Positions 15,740 to 20,319 of a stretch of DNA of 20,319 bases are shown here, piece after piece (the stretch's first letter is position 1; every line of letters begins with the position of its first letter). The notes beneath the pieces were generated by a model. It was not told where the DNA came from. It made no database searches and saw nothing but the letters and a program-made list of their open reading frames with translations. Location of the stretch: the IMG/VR virus record IMGVR_UViG_3300037418_002559, positions 79,999 to 100,317 of that record, one strand, 5' to 3'. This DNA is from a virus (taxonomy: Duplodnaviria > Heunggongvirae > Uroviricota > Caudoviricetes). Both the position numbers and the translations under genes were made by a program.

Positions 15740-16411
15740 CTAAGTTCTCCTTGCCTTATCTAAATGCTCTATGGCGGTGCGCAACAGCTCGGTCTTTTGG
15801 CTCTCCGTGCGCCGCATGTATTCTTTGATGTCTATCCCCAACGCATCCAGTATCTTGTGCATCGGATACCGATTGAGCGGCAGACTACCGTCGAACGCCC
15901 TACGCCTCGGCTTGTATTCTGCCAGGTTGTAAGTATGGCAGCTGGTAGCCACTTTGCGCTCCTTGTACCAAGCCAACAGCGCCGCCAGCAGCAGCGCGCG
16001 GCTCAAGACGCCGTCTTTAGCTTGCCCGCGTTCAGTTGGCTCTAACAATCCGTAATAACGCGGTTCAAGTAACCCGCGCCCGGTGCCATCCAGTGGATGT
16101 GGATCGTGCACCAACTTGCCGTCGTAGGCTACACAAGCATGTAGGCCACCGCGTGGGCTTATACCTTCAATCGTGCTGTAGCCGCTCGGCTTACTACCAC
16201 TAAGCGGCACGCGACGATACCGTAGACCGCGCTCGCCGAGCCAACCTTGTACGTTGGCCCAGTAATCGTCAAGCTCGGTAGCGTTATGCATGTATTTGCG
16301 CGGCCCGTCGAAGTCGACAACGTCGGACTCCGGTACGTCAAAAATGGAGGCGATACAAGAGCGAAAGCAAGTGCCGTTATCACCTACGCGAGACTGCGTC
16401 ACTAAGCGCAT
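15740..16411 (-). CDS. Papain-like (C39-like) cysteine peptidase domain plus C-terminal modules
   Basis: Q6...NGTC15FRSCIASIF, GGLH91ACV and VHD103P give a Gln/Cys/His/Asp arrangement. The C-terminal ~90 aa are separate modules. Confidence 0.7.
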   Translation of the reverse strand: MRLVTQSRVGDNGTCFRSCIASIFDVPESDVVDFDGPRKYMHNATELDDYWANVQGWLGERGLRYRRVPLSGSKPSGYSTIEGISPRGGLHACVAYDGKLVHDPHPLDGTGRGLLEPRYYGLLEPTERGQAKDGVLSRALLLAALLAWYKERKVATSCHTYNLAEYKPRRRAFDGSLPLNRYPMHKILDALGIDIKEYMRRTESQKTELLRTAIEHLDKARRT

Positions 16412-16602
16412 AAGAATAACTGCTCCTGTGCTTCAACCTGCGCATCTTCGAAGAACTTGCTGTCTATCATATCGACGGCATCTTGCTCTCTTGAAAATCG
16501 CATAGCCTCACAGATTTCTGTACTGTAAGTGAACTCGCCCAAATACACAGTAAACCAGCACGGCCTATTCAGGTCTGTTCTTGCAATTATCCACGCTACC
16601 AT
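16402..16602 (-). CDS. Hypothetical protein (66 aa)
   Basis: GGAGG SD, overlaps its neighbours, lower-GC segment. Confidence 0.55.
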   Translation of the reverse strand: MVAWIIARTDLNRPCWFTVYLGEFTYSTEICEAMRFSREQDAVDMIDSKFFEDAQVEAQEQLFLCA

Positions 16603-16777
16603 TTCCTGCCTCCAGCCGATTGCGTAGTAGCTCCAACTGCTGCGCTTCCAGGAACATACTGTGCGCTAGACTCGCGCACTTATTTTCCATGAAGCAACGA
16701 TCGGCTGCTTTTGTCGGATCCATACGCATGTAATGCTCAAAGATGCGCTGGCGTTCTTGCGTTGATACGAGCTCCAT
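16565..16777 (-). CDS. Hypothetical helical protein (~70 aa)
   Basis: Follows the portal stop. Probable ATG 16777 with GGAG upstream; the ORF track starts at GTG 16795. Confidence 0.45.
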   Translation of the reverse strand: MELVSTQERQRIFEHYMRMDPTKAADRCFMENKCASLAHSMFLEAQQLELLRNRLEAGNGSVDNCKNRPE

Positions 16778-16802
16778 AACCAAGGCTCCGTTCACAGAAC
16801 AA

Positions 16803-19379
16803 TTACCGCTGTACAGCAGGGCTACAAGGCGCAGTCATATCTGCCGTAGCGATCCACCGACGAAACATTGGCATGGTGAACGGCGTTATGGCTGCGAACG
16901 TTTTCTTTGATAGGTGATGGCCTAACATGTAGTCTTCCAGCGCCGACTCTTGCGTGTGGTAGCCGAGCATCACCTTGTGCTCGTCGAATCGCTTTCCGTT
17001 GATATCGTACTGGTCCACGACGTAGACGTTGCTCGACTCCGGTGCAGGGCCAATGTAGCAGTCTAGGCTGTCCTCATCGGCCGCAGGTGCGCCATCGATA
17101 AAGCCGTAGTCTGCTGGCATGTTGACGCTCCACGACCTGCCGTCTGGCGTGATGCCGGAGCGCACCGTGCCCTGCCGCGACTCAACGCGTACTGGCATGG
17201 CGTGATAGAGCTCGAAGTCAATGGCGCGCTGCGTCATACTGGAAGCGCCATCGTCGTCGGTGGCGCGGTCACGTTCCATACACTTACTACATTTTTCTGT
17301 CTGCGGAAGTCGTGCCCATTCTTCCGCAGTGGCAACCAATAGTGTGCCACCGCGCCTAGCTGTTGCACCACACTTCGACTTACTGGTGTTGGTTTGACTG
17401 GGTGCGTGGAACTTCTGTGCGGAGTCGGTGGCTTTAGTCCTGCCAGTAGCTGGAACCCTCCGCGTCGGATAGTTCAACGAGATGAACTGTTCGACGCCGT
17501 CTTTAGGGTCGACGGCCTTTTGTTTGCCAGTTTTCTTTAGTGTCAAGTACTCAGAACCAAACCGCCAAAGGAAATGTTCTCCAATTGCCAGGTCGCGGAA
17601 CAATACAGATTCCTCCGCATCCTCCGCATCCTCCGCATCCTCCGCACGCACCTTCACGTCCTTGTTCGGACGGTAGGCGACGATCTCGCCGGTGTCGAAC
17701 AACACCTGTACGGTAGGCTCTCCAAATAAGTCCGTCGTACCAGTGGTGACCTTCCGCACGGTCAGCAATTTGCCGTTGACCAGCACCTTCTCGCCTGCAC
17801 TGAGACCAGACGGTAGTGTGTCCATGGCTGGCGCTGTGTCCTGCGCTTCCCCGGCCTTTGCAAGCAGCTGCTTCTTCGCGTCCTCCTTGCCTTCTTCGTT
17901 CTCAGCTTTGATAGCCTTGCCGGGGCTATCCGCCTCGTTCAAGCCAGCGCCTTCACCGCCGAACAGACCATCACCCAGCTCGCCCTCCGATTGAACGTCG
18001 TCACTGAGCTTAGCGATGAACTCGTCATCGAGGTTGGTGCCGATGCCGGTAATGTCGCTGGACTGCTTAACTTCCTGCGCCACCTTGCGCGGCGACATAA
18101 TACCGCCGTTGAGGTACACAGTAGTGGTGTCGGCCACGGACTTGGCCAGCTCGGCCTTCTCCTTCTCGTCCAGCACGCGTATAGAAGGGCAATTCAGATC
18201 CAGATCGTCTGGCACTTCGCCCAACTCCGACATGCACACTACTGGGTACAGCTTCTCCAGTTGCGGAACCATGTAGGTGGATTGATCTGTAGCTATCTTC
18301 TCCTCGTAGATGCGCTCGTCGCCATCTCCGGCCTGCCCAAGTCCGCTGTACGTACGTCCGAACAGACGCGTCACCGGCATCTGCGCCGCTCCCGCCAAGT
18401 TCAACTGGAACAGCTGCAGGACGTCGCTCAGCCCGCCGAAGCTGTACTGTGTCGACTCAAGACCGCCGTCGGCTGGCAGCGGAATCAGCGAGTTGTTCGA
18501 CATGAGGTGATTGACGGCGGACATGCGCTGCTCGAACTTCTGCGAGGCCAGCTGCGACGATCCGAGCCCGGACAGCAGTTCGGCCAGCTGTGGGAACTTC
18601 ATGCCGAGCAGGTTGGCGCGGAAAGAAAGCGACAGGATGTTCCAGTACATGTTGTCCAGCATGGTGATGGACTCGTACGTCGGCTCCAGCACGCTGATGC
18701 CCCAGTAACTCTGCGCTTCTACCTCCGGCGTCGGTACGGTTGGCCCAAGGAAGCGCAGCAGCCGAGACGCATGCACCTGAAAAGCAGAGCCGCCGTTTAC
18801 GCGCACCTCGTACATCTCCGGCTTGTTGAAATCTAGCGGGCGATTTATGTCAGTGCACACATCGCCGACAGGCGTGATGCCTGCCCAGCGATCAAACGGG
18901 ATAACACCCTTGTACGCACCGATGCGAATGGACTCTAAATCCAATGGCTGGTCGAGTTCATTCTCCTGCCCATCAATAACGATGAGCGCGCCCGCGCCAC
19001 CAAATAGACGGCCCCAAGTGAGCCCGGTCAGTACGTTGTTCTTAGTGTTCGTACGCCGAATGGCGCGATCGACGCGCGTGAGATCCTTCGGCTCGAGATC
19101 GCTGGTCAGCTTGGGCCAAGCCTTGACCATGTCTTGCGCTGGTACTTCGACAATACGACGACTAATCCAGTGATTGCGGAACAAGGTGATCAGCTGCCAG
19201 TAATCGTAGCTGATACGCACCATGGTGTACTCAGCGCCCTGCCCCAACGACGGCGTACCAAATCCCATACGTGCTGCCGCATTGGTGAACATATCGGCAG
19301 CGGTGGCCGACGTGGCGCCGTGTACCCCCATGGCTTGCTCGAATGGGTTGGCGTGCTTACGTTTGCGCGGCTTCGGCAT
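16803..19379 (-). CDS. Portal protein (DUF1073-like) with a C-terminal multi-domain extension including an inorganic pyrophosphatase-like (InPase) domain
   Basis: Core motifs RRIVEVPAQDM, WGRLFGG, VHASRLLRF, WGISVLE, AAQMPVTRLFG in aa 1-~465. InPase-like motifs VESRQGTVRSG...W...ADYGFI...ADEDSLDCYIGP...FDEHKVMLG in aa ~720-850. Confidence 0.92.
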   Translation of the reverse strand: MPKPRKRKHANPFEQAMGVHGATSATAADMFTNAAARMGFGTPSLGQGAEYTMVRISYDYWQLITLFRNHWISRRIVEVPAQDMVKAWPKLTSDLEPKDLTRVDRAIRRTNTKNNVLTGLTWGRLFGGAGALIVIDGQENELDQPLDLESIRIGAYKGVIPFDRWAGITPVGDVCTDINRPLDFNKPEMYEVRVNGGSAFQVHASRLLRFLGPTVPTPEVEAQSYWGISVLEPTYESITMLDNMYWNILSLSFRANLLGMKFPQLAELLSGLGSSQLASQKFEQRMSAVNHLMSNNSLIPLPADGGLESTQYSFGGLSDVLQLFQLNLAGAAQMPVTRLFGRTYSGLGQAGDGDERIYEEKIATDQSTYMVPQLEKLYPVVCMSELGEVPDDLDLNCPSIRVLDEKEKAELAKSVADTTTVYLNGGIMSPRKVAQEVKQSSDITGIGTNLDDEFIAKLSDDVQSEGELGDGLFGGEGAGLNEADSPGKAIKAENEEGKEDAKKQLLAKAGEAQDTAPAMDTLPSGLSAGEKVLVNGKLLTVRKVTTGTTDLFGEPTVQVLFDTGEIVAYRPNKDVKVRAEDAEDAEDAEESVLFRDLAIGEHFLWRFGSEYLTLKKTGKQKAVDPKDGVEQFISLNYPTRRVPATGRTKATDSAQKFHAPSQTNTSKSKCGATARRGGTLLVATAEEWARLPQTEKCSKCMERDRATDDDGASSMTQRAIDFELYHAMPVRVESRQGTVRSGITPDGRSWSVNMPADYGFIDGAPAADEDSLDCYIGPAPESSNVYVVDQYDINGKRFDEHKVMLGYHTQESALEDYMLGHHLSKKTFAAITPFTMPMFRRWIATADMTAPCSPAVQR
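17611..17646. repeat. Perfect 9-bp tandem repeat (TCCTCCGCA)x4 encoding AED-AED-AED-AEE in the portal extension
   Basis: Read directly from the sequence. Confidence 0.95.
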
Positions 19380-19402
19380 CTGCCAACGTCCTTTCTACAC
19401 TG

Positions 19403-19633
19403 CTAAATTTCAACGTCTTGTTCCTTGAGTATGTCGGACTCGGCCATCCAGATGACTTGATCCTCCGAGTAGGGCACGGCGCGAACGGTGTCGCCGTCAC
19501 GCATGAAGGCCCAGAGCAGGCGGCTGTTGGTTTCCATAATGGCGTCCAGGACACCACGATCCAGCTCCATGCCCTTGTAGACTAATACATCCATGGCTTT
19601 GAGTTCGACGCGGCGCTGCGAATTGCTTGCCAT
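19403..19633 (-). CDS. Hypothetical protein (76 aa)
   Basis: AAGGAG SD, tight packing upstream of the portal. Function not recognised. Confidence 0.6.
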   Translation of the reverse strand: MASNSQRRVELKAMDVLVYKGMELDRGVLDAIMETNSRLLWAFMRDGDTVRAVPYSEDQVIWMAESDILKEQDVEI

Positions 19634-19648
19634 GTAACCACTCCTTGC

Positions 19649-20319
19649 TCACTTCGTGGTTGCTGGGCCTGCCCACGAGGTGTTTCCCAGCACCGACAGG
19701 TGCGTGTTCGGCGGGTTGTTGAACGCGCCAATATTCCACGGCACGGTCGCGACGTTGCCGTCCATGTCTACGTCGATAAAGCCGTCGCTGGTAAGCGTTT
19801 TTCCAACACCATTGAGTACTGTGGACAGACTACTGAGATGGAAGTTGCCGCTCGCGATGTTCACGAATGGGTTCTGCGTACCGGGATTGAAAGTCAGAGA
19901 ATGCGTTTCACTTGATGGCCAAGAGAAACCACCATAGGTGGTGTAACTGTAAGCGTTGTAGTCGCTGGCTTCCCCGGCGCTGCCTGATATTGCATTGGCG
20001 ACATAGTAGAAGACATTGTTGTAAACCTGGACTCCGGTCATGGTACTGCCGCCGTCGTAGACGGCTGCGCAGTTACTGGAGCAAGGCCCAGTGGTCGACG
20101 CGAATACGTTGTTGTACAGCAGGATCGGCCCGTAAGTTCCAGGTGCTTTAGTAGTCAACAGCGAGAATTGCGACCCGTAGAATACGTTGCGGTAGAATTG
20201 AAAGTTATCCGCGCCGCCGAACTCGAAGAAGATGCCATCGTTGGGCGAGTTGTAAATGGTGTTGTAGCGCCAAATGACCACACCACTTGGTCCAAACGGA
20301 TAGCTGTATACGATGTCCT
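19649..20319 (-). CDS. Right-handed parallel beta-helix (pectin-lyase-like) protein, C-terminal part (runs off the right edge)
   Basis: Repeating IWRYNTIYN / FYRNVFYG / LLYNNVFAS / VYNNVFYY rungs and a C-terminal NPFVN...GNFHL...DMDGN...WNIGAF cap. The frame stays open to position 20319. Confidence 0.75.
   Translation of the reverse strand, partial: DIVYSYPFGPSGVVIWRYNTIYNSPNDGIFFEFGGADNFQFYRNVFYGSQFSLLTTKAPGTYGPILLYNNVFASTTGPCSSNCAAVYDGGSTMTGVQVYNNVFYYVANAISGSAGEASDYNAYSYTTYGGFSWPSSETHSLTFNPGTQNPFVNIASGNFHLSSLSTVLNGVGKTLTSDGFIDVDMDGNVATVPWNIGAFNNPPNTHLSVLGNTSWAGPATTK

Noticed and set aside
17985-19379. Possible 'anti-CBASS Acb1' label sometimes attached to DUF1073 proteins
   Set aside because: Position and motifs indicate a portal. 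I see no 2H-phosphoesterase HxT/S motif pair.
424-19937. Many plus-strand ORFs (for example 7576-8241, 10516-11172, 11271-12119, 12474-13229, 13166-14041)
   Set aside because: They are antisense shadows of well-supported minus-strand genes in GC-rich DNA, with no recognisable motifs.
1-20319. CRISPR array, tRNA, integrase/transposase, or reverse-transcriptase/DGR template-variable repeats
   Set aside because: I saw no spaced repeats, cloverleaf, recombinase or RT motifs, and no long near-identical repeat pair by eye.

Overview
The window is an uninterrupted minus-strand head-to-baseplate morphogenesis module of a contractile-tailed (myovirus-type) phage or prophage. In transcription order (right to left) it holds: a partial beta-helix protein, small ORFs, a DUF1073-type portal, a DUF2213-type prohead protease/scaffold, a capsid decoration protein, a DUF2184-type major capsid, DUF4054-type and other neck proteins, a DUF3383-type sheath, tube, tail chaperone with a -1 frameshift, tape measure with a lytic transglycosylase domain, and Dit-like, plug and hub baseplate genes. 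Family names come from motif recognition, not database searches. The unusual part is the head region. The portal carries a ~390-aa C-terminal train of small modules ending in an inorganic-pyrophosphatase-like domain. No MuF gene is seen. A papain-like peptidase and a 562-aa 'beads-on-a-string' protein sit between portal and protease. A [K/R]-[A/G/T/S]-x-D motif, often followed by a V/L-L-P-V peptide, recurs at module junctions in several head proteins and at the capsid N-terminus, but not in the sheath, tube or tape measure. My inference is a capsid-loaded polyprotein cargo system processed by the prohead protease. Homologous beta-domains are also inserted into several virion surface proteins.
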